Source of the DNA: Octopus sinensis
Lineage: Eukaryota
Direction of reading: 5' to 3'
NCBI RefSeq assembly: GCF_006345805.1
Contig: NC_043000.1
Location: 124,000,001 to 124,064,000 of the forward strand
DNA length: 64,000 nt
The notes under the pieces are model-generated. The model made no database searches. It was given only the letters and a program-made list of their open reading frames with translations, and had not been told where the DNA came from. Made by a program: the position numbers and the translations under genes. Shown here piece by piece: positions 41,901 to 57,100 of the stretch (position 1 is its first letter; every line of letters begins with the position of its first letter).

Positions 41901-44900
41901 TCATCATCATTATCATTTAATGCCCGCTTTCCATGCTAGCATGGGTTGGACGATTTGACTGAGAACTGGCAAACCAGATGGCTGCACCAGGCTCCAATCT
42001 TGATCTGGTAGTTTCTACAGCTGGATGCCCTTCCTAATGCCAACCACTCCGAGAGTGTAGTGGGTGCTTTTACTATACTTTTAAAAATAATAATAATAAT
42101 AATAATTGTGTACAGTGCTCAGGTGCACTACAACTCATCTAAAGTGTATATATAATCAGGTGTAGTTTCGGCGGATTTCGGAAAGCATGAGGGCCTTAAA
42201 GGATGCAGTGTCATGGCAGTCAACAACTGACGCAGGCAGTTTATTCCATGCTTCAGCAACTCTGAGCGTGAAAAAATGTTTCCGAAAGTCATGGGAGCTG
42301 TGTTGTTTTCTGACTTTGTAGGCATGTCCACGTGTGTTAGACACATGGAGATCAAAAAGGTGTTCAGTGTTGTTGTTGGTGAGGTGGTTGATAACTTTGT
42401 GGGTGTTTACCGATGCCAGAGCTTCAGTGAATCCATGCCCAGGGAAACAAGGCGCTCAGAATATGGTAGGTGTCTGATGGAGGGTATGCGTTTGGTTGCA
42501 CGTCTCTGGACAGATTCCAGGAGGTCAATGTTCTGAGCAAGATAGGGATTCCAAACTGATGATGCGAATTCCAAGTGTGGTCGTACCATAGCTGTATACA
42601 GTTTTAAATAGATGGCTGGAGAGCGGCTAACAAAAGTCTTGCTGAGTGATGCCAAGACACCCTCGGCCTTCTTGACAATTTTAGAGATATGCTTTGTCCA
42701 ACGCAAATCACTGCTGACAGTGATGCCTAGGTCATGCTCGCAAGAGGATTTCTTGATATCAGTGTTGTGGAGGGAGTATGTGGACGCAGGGTTTTTTCTC
42801 CCAAAATGCATGGTGGTACACTTGTCCACAGCCAGTTTCAGTTGCCAGTCTGTGATCCATTGCTGCATTGTGTCTAGGTCTGATTGCAGGAAAGAGTTGT
42901 AGACATCAGGATCAGTCCTCTTGATTTCAAGGTACAGCTTGATGTCGTCTACATATTTCAATACTGTGGCATTCTTTAAATTGGCATCTATGTCATTAAT
43001 GTATGCCACAAACAAGAGGGGACCAAGGACAGATCCCTGTGGTACACCCGATGACATCTCATATGGTGTAGAGTGCTGTCCTAGAACTGTGACTACCTCC
43101 TTTCGGCTGAGGATGAAGGATTTCAACCAGTTAAAAAGGTCATCCCCCACACCCATTGCAGAGAGTTTCACCATAAGCCTTTTGTGTGGCACAGAGTTGA
43201 AAGCCTTAGCAAAGTCAAGGTAGACAACATCCACCCATGAGCCACAGAAATACCCAAATATCATACAACTTTATGAAAAAAGAACAAAAATTCCAGTGGC
43301 TTTACTACAGAATTTAAAACTTGATCAGTGATCTAAGTTAATAATAGCAGTTAATATTTCAGATATTGGTAATACAAATATACATCAACCCAAAATTTAT
43401 TTATTGCAACCATCACAAGTAACTAATAACTCAGAAAACAGCCAACTGATTTACATCAGTATATTACTGGTATCTATTGCATTTGTAAAAATTGATAAGT
43501 TCATGCTGGATTAACTTTTAAAAAATCAACGCTTTTGCAAATTCATGTTCATTAATCTACATCTGCATTAAAGAACATTATATTCCATTGAATGTACAAA
43601 GTTACCTTTTCAGTAACAGCCATCAAGTAGGAATTAGCAGATTCACAGCAGTCACCTTCCATATAACTGTAGGTTTTTGTACCTTTGGTTGTGATTCTGC
43701 AGATCTCACGCTTCATTACTTTGTCAAACTTGGTAACAGAATGCACTAGAATGGAGAGGAAATACAATATTAAATTTTTATTTACACCATTTCAAACATT
43801 TAAATTTGAAATAACCATCTCATGATTTTATAGTCTGAAATTTAAAAAAATAAACAAGAATTTAAAATCTAATATCTGCAACTGAAACAGTTTTAAATTA
43901 AAATAGCCATCTATGTATCATACTTAATGTTTACACACTGTTGATAGGCCAGTTACCGCAGTATTTTTCCTGAAATAACATCCCTTATAGACATGCTTGT
44001 ATTTTTAATACAGCAGACCCATAAGAAATGTTTTTCTTTGGACAAAAATCACAGTGATTGGTCTATTGACTGATGCATAAATGGCTATTAGAATTTATAA
44101 TTTTTATTCCGACTATATAATCTTGACAAGAAAGGAGAGAAATAGAATGAAATGGAAAAAATTATAATTACTGAGTTATGTTTTTTTTAAACTAAAATCT
44201 TACTTTTCTTAACTCTTTCAGTCATCATATCTGGTGTCTCTGTTTGCTCTACACGTGCCACCTTGTAACCCTTCTGGACAAGAAGGTCTGAATATCTTCC
44301 ATAAGCAATTTCAGGGAAACCAGAATGTGCATAATCACCCTAAATAAATATAAAGTATATACAAATATGTCATCAATCAACATAGGGAAGAATGACCTTA
44401 CCTTTCAAAGCATTCAGTGTTTGTACAAATGTGAACGGGAGGGGGGTATAAATTAGGCTAAAGAGACCAAGAGGAGATTTGTTTGTGGGGTGAGGGGGAG
44501 TGAAAACAAACTTTAAATGAGTACTGTTTACAGAAAAATGCAGATTGAAGAGATTTTAACGAAGTCAGGAGGCCATGATAAAGGACCGTAGGTTAAAAGA
44601 GGTGAGAGCTTACAGAACAAGCTATCAGACTTCTATCATATGTGTTTGTCTTGCAGGACAAATTCCAATGAGTTTAAGAGATTTTAATATAGCCTTTGTA
44701 TAAATATAAACTCATGTTTATATTTAAATATAAACCCATGTTAAATATAAACTCGTGTTAACAATTTGGCTGGTATTAGTTTATGGGATTTAATTTAAGG
44801 ATAAAACTACAATCATCTGTATCACTAAGATATTAACTGCCTTAGAATCAATAGTTATTTCATCAATCTAAGCAATCAGAGTTGTACTAGAGATGGATTT

Positions 44901-47900
44901 AAATATAAATTGACATGTAGAAATTTGTTGATTGAAGGTTTTTATCTCCAATGCAGTCAGAGTGTGGGACAAACAGCCAGAGTATGGGACAAAATATCTT
45001 GCCATATTTACTCCAGTTTCTTGCGATCAGAGTTCAAATTCAGCCACAGTCAACTTTGCATTTCATTCTTTTTGGGTTCAGTACCACCCTAGAGTAATGA
45101 CCAATTGGCTCCTTGTATTCTGACTTTTTAGGTGGGAGGTAGACAATTTTGGTAACTAGTTTAACACAACCACTTGGCTGTAGCTGGTTTCCACTTTAAG
45201 GGTAACTTCTCAAAACCCTGTAAAGGTTGTTAGCCACTGACTTTCCTCCTGACTCAGCAATAATAAAAAAAAATAAAACATTAGATTTGGAAGTATAGAA
45301 AAGATTAAGTGCTTCAGAATTTAGATCAATCAGTGACATAAGTAGAGAAACATTACTTGACCTAATCCATTCAAGGAAGATAGAGTTGAGAGAGCAATAA
45401 TGAATACTGGACACAGAAGTTGCAACAATGCATAATTTTGACAGAAGGATATTGAAAATTATCAAATATTCTTTAGTTCAATTGAATACCAGTCCACTTA
45501 TGCGTGCCTTTCCTTCATTGGTCACTAGACTCTGCTTGCGAAGACCTGTTGAGGCAAGTGAAATCGAAATCAAATTCGATGACTGGCATCTGTACTAGTG
45601 GAGCGCTAAGAGTACCATACAAGTGAGATCGTTGCCAGATCAACAAGCTGGCCTCCGTGCCGATGGCACGTTAAAAACGTTATTCGAGCGTGATCGTTAC
45701 CTGTGTCACCTTACTAGCACTTGTGCTGGTGGCACATGAAAAAAAAAACATTCGAGTGAGGTCGTTGCCAGTGTCGGTGGACTGGCTCCTGTGCAGGTGG
45801 CACATAAAAAGCACCATTTGAGCGTGGCCATTGCCAGTGCTGCCTAACTGGCCCTCGTGCCGGTGGAACGTAAAAGCACCTACTACACTCTCGGAGTGGT
45901 TGGCATTAGGAAGGGCTTCCAGCCGTAGAAACTCTGTCAGATCAGATTGGAGTTTGGCGCAGCCATCTGGTTCGCCAGACTTCAGTCAAATCGTCCAACC
46001 CATGCTAGCATGGAAAGCGGACGTAAAACGATGATGATGATTTGTGGTTTTGTCAGACAACTCAATGATTTGATTTTTCTTGATTAAAAGGACCTATCAA
46101 TGGATGATCAGACACATTGACATCAATAACATTCAGCTTTTTTCAATCCACAAATGGATGTGAAATGGATTCTGCCATCCAACACAACATTTGTTAACTC
46201 TACAATGCCACTACCGTTTTTCCTAAACTATCTATAGTAAGGTGAATTGAGTTGTTGTGAATCAGATATTTTGGCCACAGATGCAACTCAGTGACAGCAC
46301 GAAGCTAGTTGAAAGATGACTCACCAAACACTTAGGTAGAATAACAGCCTATCAATACAATCAATAGTTCTTTGGTAATATCAATTTTTTTTTCTATATT
46401 AAACAGATTATTAACATATATTTCTCCACAGGAGAATATTGAAAATTATGTATTTTAACATTTTAAATCAGAAGAGGACTAAGTCTGACAATACCTTCAT
46501 GTAGATTAAACCTAACTTAGCAACTGCAATCACAGCATCCATGTGGAAGAGTTCATAAAATTTCCCAACCTGAATATAAACAAGAAAAAGACAAAACAAT
46601 GAAAATAAGTGACAACACATCTCTTAACTTTGTAGTTAAATGACATTATAATGGAAACATTTTGGTTTCACCACATCCCATGGTTTTATACTGAAGTGAT
46701 ATTATGATGGAAACATTTTGATGTTAATATGATATAATATTATCGTGATTGTTTTAGTTGTCGGCTGTTTGTGAAAGTACTAATGATAATACAGAAAATA
46801 CAGAACAGCAAACTTTATTCAACAAAAAGCCTATTTAATTAGATAGATTTTTTAAAGAGTTGTTCTGTTGTGTTTGGTTCTGGAATTTGAACAACTCAAA
46901 TAACTGAATTAACTATGAGTACAGTAATTATTGGCTGAATTCAGAATGTTTGATTGGTTGATGGGTCAACAGCTAAAGAGACTGGATCAAATACAAATTA
47001 GAACTGGGATTCTACATTGATATGCTAGAATGTATGTGTGTGTGTATATACCAAGCATGAACAGTGAGCAAAACCTCTATAACATTACGTCATTTAGCTA
47101 TGAGTGTATATTGTAACTCATTTGTATGTCTGAGAGCGAGAGAGAAATGGAATGTGAAGGAGAAAAGTGGTGGAGTTCATAGGGTGAAAGGGAAGAGAAT
47201 GAGAACAAGAAAAAGAAAGAAAGCAAGAAACAGATAGAAGTATAAGGTGGCGAGCTGGCAGAAAAGTTAGCACGCCGGGCAAAATGCTTAGCAGTATTTC
47301 GTATGCTGCTACGTTCCGAGTTCAAATTCCGCCGAGGTCAACTTTGCCTTTCATCCTTTCGGGGTTGATTAAATAAGTACCAGTTATGCACTGGAGTCGA
47401 TATAATCGACTTAATCCGTTTGTCTGTCCTTGTTTTTCCCCCCTTGTGGGCAGTAAAGAAATGAGAAGTAAAAGAGTATATGGAATTAGATAATAAATAT
47501 AACGATTCAGGAGGTACTACAATAAAATTACCTTGAAAAACAGGATAGTATCAAAATGATTGGATTTCATCTCCCACCACTGCCGCATAGCCTGAAATGG
47601 AATAAGTTGTATTGGAGGTCAAAGAATCATTACATAAAATTAAGAATTATCATCTATCAAATGATTATCTTCAGGTTCCCATGCATTAACCCTTTTGTTA
47701 CAGTATTTATTTTGAGATGCTCTGTGTTTCTTTCAATTACTTTAAATATAACAAAGGATTTAGTAAAATATCTTAGTTATCATTCAGCTAATGTTAGGAA
47801 CATAAATTGTGGCTAAGGTTTAGTGGGAGACTTTAATTCAAAACTTATGAAGACAAGACATTTGTACTCAGCCAGAGCCGGTTTCAGGCAGGTTGGTATC

Positions 47901-50900
47901 AAAAGAATTAAGGGAATAAGAAATAAAACTCTTTGCAAACCACCTAGCAACAATTTCATGTAAGCCACAAACATTCCAAATACACCTGAAATCACAATTA
48001 AACAAGCAAAAGAAAAATGTACAAGCAATCCACACTCTGACAATATGATTACAAAATAATAAATATCGTCTCCTTTCCACCAACAAGCACTATCCAAGGG
48101 TAATCAACCTATGCTAGCTCAACTCAGAAGCAGCAAATTACTCTTCTACCACCTCTTTATTGCGCACACACACACACACACAGATATATATTCCCTTTAG
48201 CTGTCCAGCTTCGCAAAAGCTTCAAGGCATTGAAGAGAAGTCAGCAAAAACTTGAAATGGCTAAAGCTTGGCTCTGCATTTACAGATGAAAGATAAAATC
48301 CCCACTAGATAGAATATATGCAGATCTATTTCAGGTGACAATCCCAAATGATTTCTTAGTTATTCCTAATAGCCAGGTAAACTTAAGCAAGCACAGAAGG
48401 TACTGGAGTCAAACTTAAAACTATTCAATTGGTAGTTCTTGCCAAATTCTCTATTTTATCAAGGATTGATAAAAATCCTTAAGGTTGTGTAGTTACAAAG
48501 TTTGTCTCTTAGCCATGTAGCAACAAACTCAGTCCTACCATGTACTACCTTGGATGTGTGTCTTCTACTATAGCCCCAGCCTGAGAAATGCTTTGTGAAG
48601 GAATTTGGCAGACATGCTTACATTTGTGTGTGTGTATATATATTTATAGAGAGAGAGAGAGATCCATACTTGTATGCACATATGTATATATGCATATGCA
48701 TGTATGTGACTGGGCCAGAGCAGCTGACTGGCTTCTATGCCGGTGGCACGTAAAAAGCACCATTCAAGCGTGATCGTTACCAGTGTTGCCTTACTGGCAC
48801 TTGTACCGGTGACATGTGAAAAAACATTCGAGCAAGGTCATTGCCAGTGCCGCTAGACTGGCTCCTGTGCAGGTGGCACATAAAAGACACCATTTGAGCA
48901 TGGCCGTTGCCAGTACCGCCTGACTGGCCCACATGCCAGTGGCATGTAAAAGCACCTACTACACTTTCGGAGTGGTTGGTGTTAGGAAGAGCATCCAGCT
49001 GTAGAATGCCAGATCAGATTGGAGCCTAGTGCAGCCATCTGGTTTGCCAGTCCCGAGTCAAATCGTCCAACCCTTGCTAGCATGAAAAGCGAACATTAAA
49101 CGATGATGATAATGTGTGTGTGTGTCAATATTTAAAAGACTATACTGAACCGGTAGTTTGCAGTTGTGTTACTATGATGTTATTTTATGTTCAGGCTGTT
49201 AGTGGTGAAATTTGGTGACATTTCTTGTCAACCAATTATCTGCTAGTTCTGTGCTTTCAAAGTCTTCCAGAATAATATTTCCACACTTGAAAAGCAACCA
49301 TCCATGACAATCATACCTCAAATTTACTCAGGTCTAAGCCATGCCAACATGAAAAGACAGACATTAAATGAACACCTGTTGATCAACCAAAACTAATTAA
49401 AGAGTTGCAAATCAAAAATTAACAGATTTTTTGGTGGACTTCTTGAATATAACTTACAGGAGTAACTTTACTCTTGAAAGAATCTGGAACATACAGAGTA
49501 CGACTGTCATAATCTGGATGAGATTTCAGGCGTCCATTTTTGTCCCTGTAGATTTTGTGAGAAAAAGAAACAAAATAATTTATGAAAAAATAACATTTTC
49601 TTAAAGCCATTTGTTACTTGACTATTCCAGCCATTATCTTATTGTTAGAACGTACCTTGTCAGTTAGCAATCTATGCTACCTCAGAAAATTAGGCAGCCG
49701 TATTAATCTTTTCCTCTATCTTGTTCTTAAAACAACCAAAATGTCAAGTTTTATTAACCCTTTCTGATACCCAATCACCTGAGGCTACCTTTAGTTGTGC
49801 GATACAAACCTTGTTTTTAAAGTGATCTAAATTAAAATCTGCCATCAAAATTTCATATTCCAAGCACCAACTTAATGGCAAAGCTATTTTAGTAATGTTT
49901 ATATGCCAAGATAATGTGGAAGTCCTGTAAAGGATGATGACACTGTTGTTTTAAGCCCCAGGAAAATATCTTTTAGTAAATTCTTCATTATTTTAAGAAT
50001 CGATAGAAAGAATGATTTCAGCTGTATAGTTACTCTTTTACTTGTTTCAATCATTTGACTGCAGCCATGCTGGAGCACCACCTTTAGTTGACCAAATCAA
50101 CACCAGGACTTATACTTTGTAAGCGGTCTCTTTTTGCCAAACCGCTAAGTTACAGGGACGTAAACACACCAGCATGGATTGTCAAGTGATGTTGGGGGGC
50201 AAACACACACATATATATATACATATATACGACAGGCTTCTTTCAGTTTCCGTCTACCAAATCCACTCGCAAGGCTTTGGTCGGCCCAAGGCTATAGTAG
50301 AAGACACTTGCCCAAGGTGCCACACAGTGGGACTGAACCCAGGACCATGTGGTTGGTAAGCAAGCTACTTACCACACAGCCACTCCAACGCCTGTTGAAA
50401 TGTTAATTTAATTACATTGATAATATAAAGGTGGTGAGCTGACAGAATTGTAAACATGATGGACAAAATGCTTAGTGGCATTTCTTCTGGCCCTTCACAT
50501 TCCTTTCATCCATCAGGGCTTCATAAAATAAGTAACCAGTTAAGAAGTGGAGCTGGTATAATCGAAATTGCTGGCCTTGTGCTAGAATTTAAAACCACTT
50601 ATAATACAAGTATCAGTAATCAAAAAGTCAGTTCTATCAGCAGCTATTGTTGTGTGGCTTAGCAGTACCAAAAATTCTCGAGTATAATCCGCATATTTTC
50701 CCCAAAATTTAAAGGTCAAAATCCCTAGTGTGTACTATATACGAGGTTAAAAATGAAAATTATTTTCTAAGCAATGTCCGAGTCTCTATTTGCTGTCCGG
50801 CAATGTTTATTCAGACGCATTTTGTGATGTCGGGCGCGAAAATACCTTAAGCTAAGCCTGAAAGCAATGAAGTCATAAAAGAATCATCCATAACTTGCAG

Positions 50901-53900
50901 TAAGCAACATTTAGTAAACGTTATTACTGTTATTTCTTTATTTTCTGCAAACAAAATGCACAAAAAAGCTACACGTTTACATTATGTTATATATACTGTA
51001 AAGGACGATACCATATACATTTTTACAAACCAAGGACGTTATATAGACCTCCTTGACTCAAATTAGAGAAGGGGTGCATATTATACACAAGGTTTAGGTT
51101 CTTCAGAGGTACAGCCCCCTAAAAATCCCCTGCGTATTATACTCAAGGGCGGACTATACTCGAGGATTTACGGTATGTATTTAATTGGTCATTCTACTTT
51201 AAAGGTTCAATTGACCAACATAGACTGAAGCCATCCAAAATGACAAGACATCTTGAACTAGCTCCCTGCTTTGGCTAATAAAGCCAAATTCACTACCATG
51301 CAAGCTAACAACACAATGCAACTTGCAATATAAACTGCATTAGAATCGCATCAGTTGATTAAATGCAGAAATGGCTTTAAAAAAGATTTTTAAAACATGC
51401 TTACTTCAACTTGTCTGGTTTCAAGAAGTCCAAGGTCATATGCAGATATGTCGATGGCTCCATTTTGTCTCCAGTTGAAGGAGAAGACTAAAACAAAAAT
51501 AATTGAAACTTATGAAGAAACTGAAATAAACATATATGGTGGTGGAATGGCAGAATTGGTAAAGCATCAAACAAAATACCTAGTGGGATTTATTTATGGT
51601 CCTTTACATTGTAAATTCAAATTACACCAACATCAGCTTTGCTATTTATTCAAAGTGTCTGCCTTGGCTGGCTTCCGTGTGGGTGCCACATAAAAAGCAC
51701 CTACCAATCGTGGCCGTTGCCAGCTTCGCCTGGCCCCTGTGCTGGTGGCATGTAAAAAGCACCCACTACACTCACGGAGTGGTTGGCGTTAGAAAGGGCA
51801 TCCAGCTGTAGAAACACTGCCAGATCAGACTGGAGCCTGGTGCAGCCTCTTGGCTTCCCAGACCCTGGTCGAACTGTCCAACCCATGCTAGCATGGAAAA
51901 CAGACGTTAAACAATGATGATGATAATGGATATAAAATAAAGTACTAAACTGGGTGGATTTATATTGCTACTAGTTATGACCAACTTCATGAGATTTAAA
52001 TTCTTGGAGATTTTAAACTGTATCCAGTAATGGGGTCTTGGTTTTAAGGAGGGTGGAACCACCTCAAAGCTACTATTATTCCAAGGTCCACCCTGACCCA
52101 GAGTACTAGTAGTACTTGTCAGGATTCCAGCTATCAGTTAACTGGTCACAAAATTGCCTCCAGAAGGTCATTTACAGGCACCCTAATGAACCCAGAGCAG
52201 CTGAGTTCCTTTAGCTACTCATTTGAGAGAAGGCAACTACATACAAATCCTGCACCAGACCAACATAAATTTGAACAGAGTGAGATTGGCTGTGCACAAA
52301 CCATACTCACTAAATTAAACCCCTGCTGAAATTTATTGAGTGTTTAAAAATGAAGGGAATAAACCTCTACAGAAAATTGAGAGGGAGAAGGGATATTTTA
52401 ATAGAATGAGTATTGATCTCTCTTGAACCCATGACACCCAACTTCTGTCAATAGAAATTTAGATCCGATAACAAATCAACTACTATCCCTACCATTAGAA
52501 CAACACCAGTAAATCTCACTTTCTGGATGAAGATTCAAATACTTACAGAATCAGGAGCTGAGAAAAGAGACAGTTTAGATTTTGTAGCTGAGCTTATAGA
52601 TCCAACAAAAGGAGAACGTTCTGGAGTAACTGTACTTGAAGATAAAGACTTCTTAACACTTGTAGGAGTAGAACCAGGCAGTTTTCTCTTCCGAGATGTT
52701 TTCTATTTGTACATAAATAAAACAAAATAGTTATCAGAGTTGTTTGAACATAACTTCCATTTTTCAATAAATAGTGCAACATTTTGTTACAAAACCTTCA
52801 TTATCTTTTTGTTTTCATTTTTTACCAGCATTTTAACCATGCTGACATGATTAGCAAATTTTCAAAAATTTGTAAAACAAACACTTGTATGTCTTTTGGA
52901 ATAACTGCTTTTAAAGCAGATGCCTATTTTACATCACAAGGGCTTCTTAGCCGTAGTGAAGGCAATCTATCTAGGGAGATAACCTTACAATAAATCACTC
53001 GGTCCGTAGCTTAGAAATACTGGGTTGACGTCCAGCGGGAACAGCTTTGTTTCATGGAGGAGGAAAGATCTTCTTTAGTACTTGGTTGTACAATGCTTTC
53101 CAATGTGTGTAGTAGTGGCACGCGCACACATTATTAGCCATTTGAAAAGACTATGAAAGTCTCGACCACGGTCGAACAATGATGATGATGATGATCACAA
53201 ATATGAAGAACAAAACTTTAGTTTGTCAGGAAAACTAAAACAAGGTCATGAACTTTGTCCAAAAGAATGCAATGACTTATACTAGTTAAGCTTAAACTCC
53301 TTTAGTCAATAGTATCTTCACTTTATAGCCAAAATTAATTATTTTTGTGTGGTTTACTTAGAAGTATTCAGTACCAAAGACCTTTGTAGGCCCTCCAAGA
53401 CTTTGTAGGCCTACTCCTGCCCCTATTACTATTTAACTATTTTTTTTTTTGTTTTTGGTTTTACCTGCAAGATCTGAAAAAACAGTTCAGAAAAAAAAAT
53501 GCACTGAAATTTTTTAGATAGTTGAAATGAAAAGACAAACAACACCTACCTTGACAGGTGACGCCTCAGGTTCTGACCCTGTGTCAGATAAATTATTCTC
53601 ATCAACTCCACTGCTTGCACTATCTGAGTCGCTCTCAGAGCCAGAGGAAGCTTTGTAATCATCACCTAAATGATGAAAAGTAAACTGATTTATCACAAGA
53701 CAAATATCGTCGTCGTCATTTAACGTCCACTTTCCATGGTCACATGGATTGGACAGTTTGACTGGGGGCTGGCAAGCCAGAAGGCTGTCCCAGGCTCCAA
53801 TCCGATCTGGCAAAGTTTCTACAGCTGGATGCCCTTCCTAATGCCAATATATATATCTTTTACCCGTTTCAGTCATTTGACTGTAGCTATGCTGGAGCAC

Positions 53901-54049
53901 TGCCTTTTGTGTACCTTTCTGTAGAAGAGCGTAGGCTCGAAATGTAAAAGACTTTTTCTATTCCTGAGCGTTATACTAATACATCTGTTTGTTTTGTACA
54001 CCACCTGTCTTTGTCTTTTGTTTTTTTCGTAAACTTTCCCTATATATAA

Positions 54050-54112
<63 letters not shown>

Positions 54113-57100
54113 TACAACATGGTTCTTTCAGTTTCCATCTACCAAATCCACTCACAAGACTTTGGTTGGCCCGAGGCTATAGTAGAAGACACTTGCCGAA
54201 GGTGCCACGCAGTGGGAATGAACCCGGAACCATGTGGTATATATATATAAATTGCCAATCATTTATTTCTTTGTATTTGCATGTGTTCAGTGGCGGAGGT
54301 GATCTGACTGTTCTTGCATAACAGTAATTCATTTATTTTATGCATGCATTTCCATGTTTGACTTAGGTTAGATGAAGACTTACTTCAGTAAGTCATCATC
54401 CAATTCATGCCAGCATGGAAAAGCCAATATAAACAAACAAATCACTCAGTATGCAAGACCAGCCATATCTTTTTAGCTAGGTTTTTTTTTTTAAAATCTT
54501 TTACTTGTTTCAGTCATTAGACTGTGGCCATGCTGGGGCACAACCTTGAAGAATTTTAGTCCAACAAATAATTTTTTAAAATCTGGTGCTCATTCTACTG
54601 GTCTTTTCTGCCAAACCTCTAAGTTATGGGGATGTAAACACACCAACACTGGTTGTCAAGTGGGGGGGGGGGGCAAACAAACACACACACTCACAACAGG
54701 TTTCTTTCAGTTTCCATCTACCAAATCCACTCAAAAGGCTGTTTGCATAAGGTGCCATGCAGTGGGACTGAACCGGAGACCATAATGAATCATTTCCCCA
54801 CCAAATGTCAATCAAGTGTGCTTCATGAGTGTTAGACACTAGTCAAAGACATTGGCATATCTCAAGTATCAAGAAGAAGGTAACAAAGATTCAGTATGCT
54901 AGAAACTTACTGGAATCACCACTGTCTGCTTCTACAATAATTCTGCGTCTTTTGTTCGCATTATGTCTGGGTGGCTTTGAACTTTTGCTTTCATCTTCCT
55001 TGGACTACAAAATAAAGCAAATTAAAATCTTAAAAGAATTCTTTGACATAAAATTTCAAACAGAGAGAAAACAGATATGTATGTATTCATCTATGTAAGA
55101 ACACTGAAGCAAAAAAAAAGTAACACCCCTAACTAATAATCAAAAACAGGTCCACATTCTATTTAACAAAAATATACTGGCTATAGATACATGGCACATA
55201 TAGCGGATATAGGCACAAATGTGACTGTATGATTAAAAAGCTTACTTCCTAACCCTGTGGTCTTGAGTTCAGTATCACTGTATAGCACCTTGGGCAAGTT
55301 TTTTTTTACTATAGCTCCATTCCGACCAAAGCTTTGTGAGTGGATTTGGTAAATGTAAATTGAAAGAAACCTGTTGTGTTTGTGTGTACCCTTGTCTAGA
55401 CATCACATGATGGATATAAATGAGCAGCAGCAGCATCATACAAGCATGGTTATTCACTTCGTCTTCCATGAAAATCCTATTTGGGCATAGGGAAATAACA
55501 CCTTGGAAACAGGTGAGAAGAGTGTAGGGAAGAGAGGAGGAGAGAGAGTATAAGGGAGAGGAGGAGGGAGAGCATAAGGGAGAGAGAGCGTAAGGGAGAG
55601 AGGAGGAGAGAGCTGCACCATCAATTGGCTGGTACTAGTTTTTAGACTGGAGCAACATGAAATGAAGTGTCTTGCTCAAGGACATAAGCTGCCCAGTGCA
55701 GGAGTTGAACCCATGACACTGTGATCATGAGCTGAATATTTAAACCACTACAATATACACCTTCATTTAATAACAATATGGTCACAAAAGATTTTGTTGG
55801 TGTGATTAAATGTATCAAAAATTAGTCACTGGTCAACCATGGAGAAAGAAGCTGTTTGGTTGGGCTGTTAGGTAAACTAGAGTTAACATTTTTCTAAAAT
55901 CCTACCTTAGAACTCTTTTCTTTCACTGTTTTAGATACATCCAAATTTTCCTTACTCTTATCTGAATCACCTTCTTCCATTTCTTCATCAAACATATCTA
56001 ATAAAACAATATAAAAAATAACAATAAAGTGACATGTAAAAAAACGAATGCCAATGTCCACCACACCCAATATCAACATTTTCATAGGCCTGCAGTAACC
56101 ATTTACAAGACTTTAAATATTTATTCTTTCCTTATTTTCTAATCACATTTTCCATAAGATTCTATAACAAACATGAAAACTGATTCAAAGATTATGTGAA
56201 TATTGTTCAAAAATAATTGTTCCAAAACAATATTTGACAAACATTTATTCGAATGGAAATTATTCAAAAACACAATTATACGAAATGTTTATTATTCTAA
56301 ATTTCTTATTTTATTTAAACAAAATATTCGAATGAGGTTGTTGCCAGTGCTGCTGAACTGGCTCCTGTGCAGGTGGCACATAAAAAGCACCATTTGAGCA
56401 TGGCCGTCGCCAGTACTGCTTGACTGACCCTCGTGCCAGCAGTACGTAAAAGCACCCACTACACTACTACACTCTTGGAGTGGTTGACGTTAGGAAGGGC
56501 ATCCAGCTGTAGAAACTGCCAGATCAATATTGGAGCCTGGTGCAGCCATTTGGTTCGCCAGACTTCAGTCAAATCGTCCAACCCATGCTAGCATGGAAAG
56601 CGGACATTAAACAATGATAATGATGATGATGATGAAAAATGATGAAATTAAAAATCAAGTACACAAATGATATTCATTTTGAATAACTGTTTTTCAAATA
56701 ATTGCTTTCAAACAATTGTTTTCGAACAATTTTCATGATATGATTTCAAATCTTCCATCAGAATTGTTATCACCACTCTTCTTTGTCCAAAATGCAACAA
56801 ATGCATCCTAACACACATCTAAAATTGTTTTAAAACATTGTCTATGCTACCAATCACATTGCAACAACCTTCTCACACCATCTAAAAAACCAGCCTAAAA
56901 GAATCATTACACCTGATATTTGAAGACCAACTCACCATCTAAGTCATCCATTTCAAATTCATCTTCAGACGGCTGAAGTTCAGTAATAAGCCCAAGTCTA
57001 TCTTCTTTTGTCATTTTCACTGCCTTGTCAGCATCATTGGTTGCTTTCCTTTGAGACATATCCATTGAGAAAAACTGGCCACCAGTTCTAGCTTCTTTGG

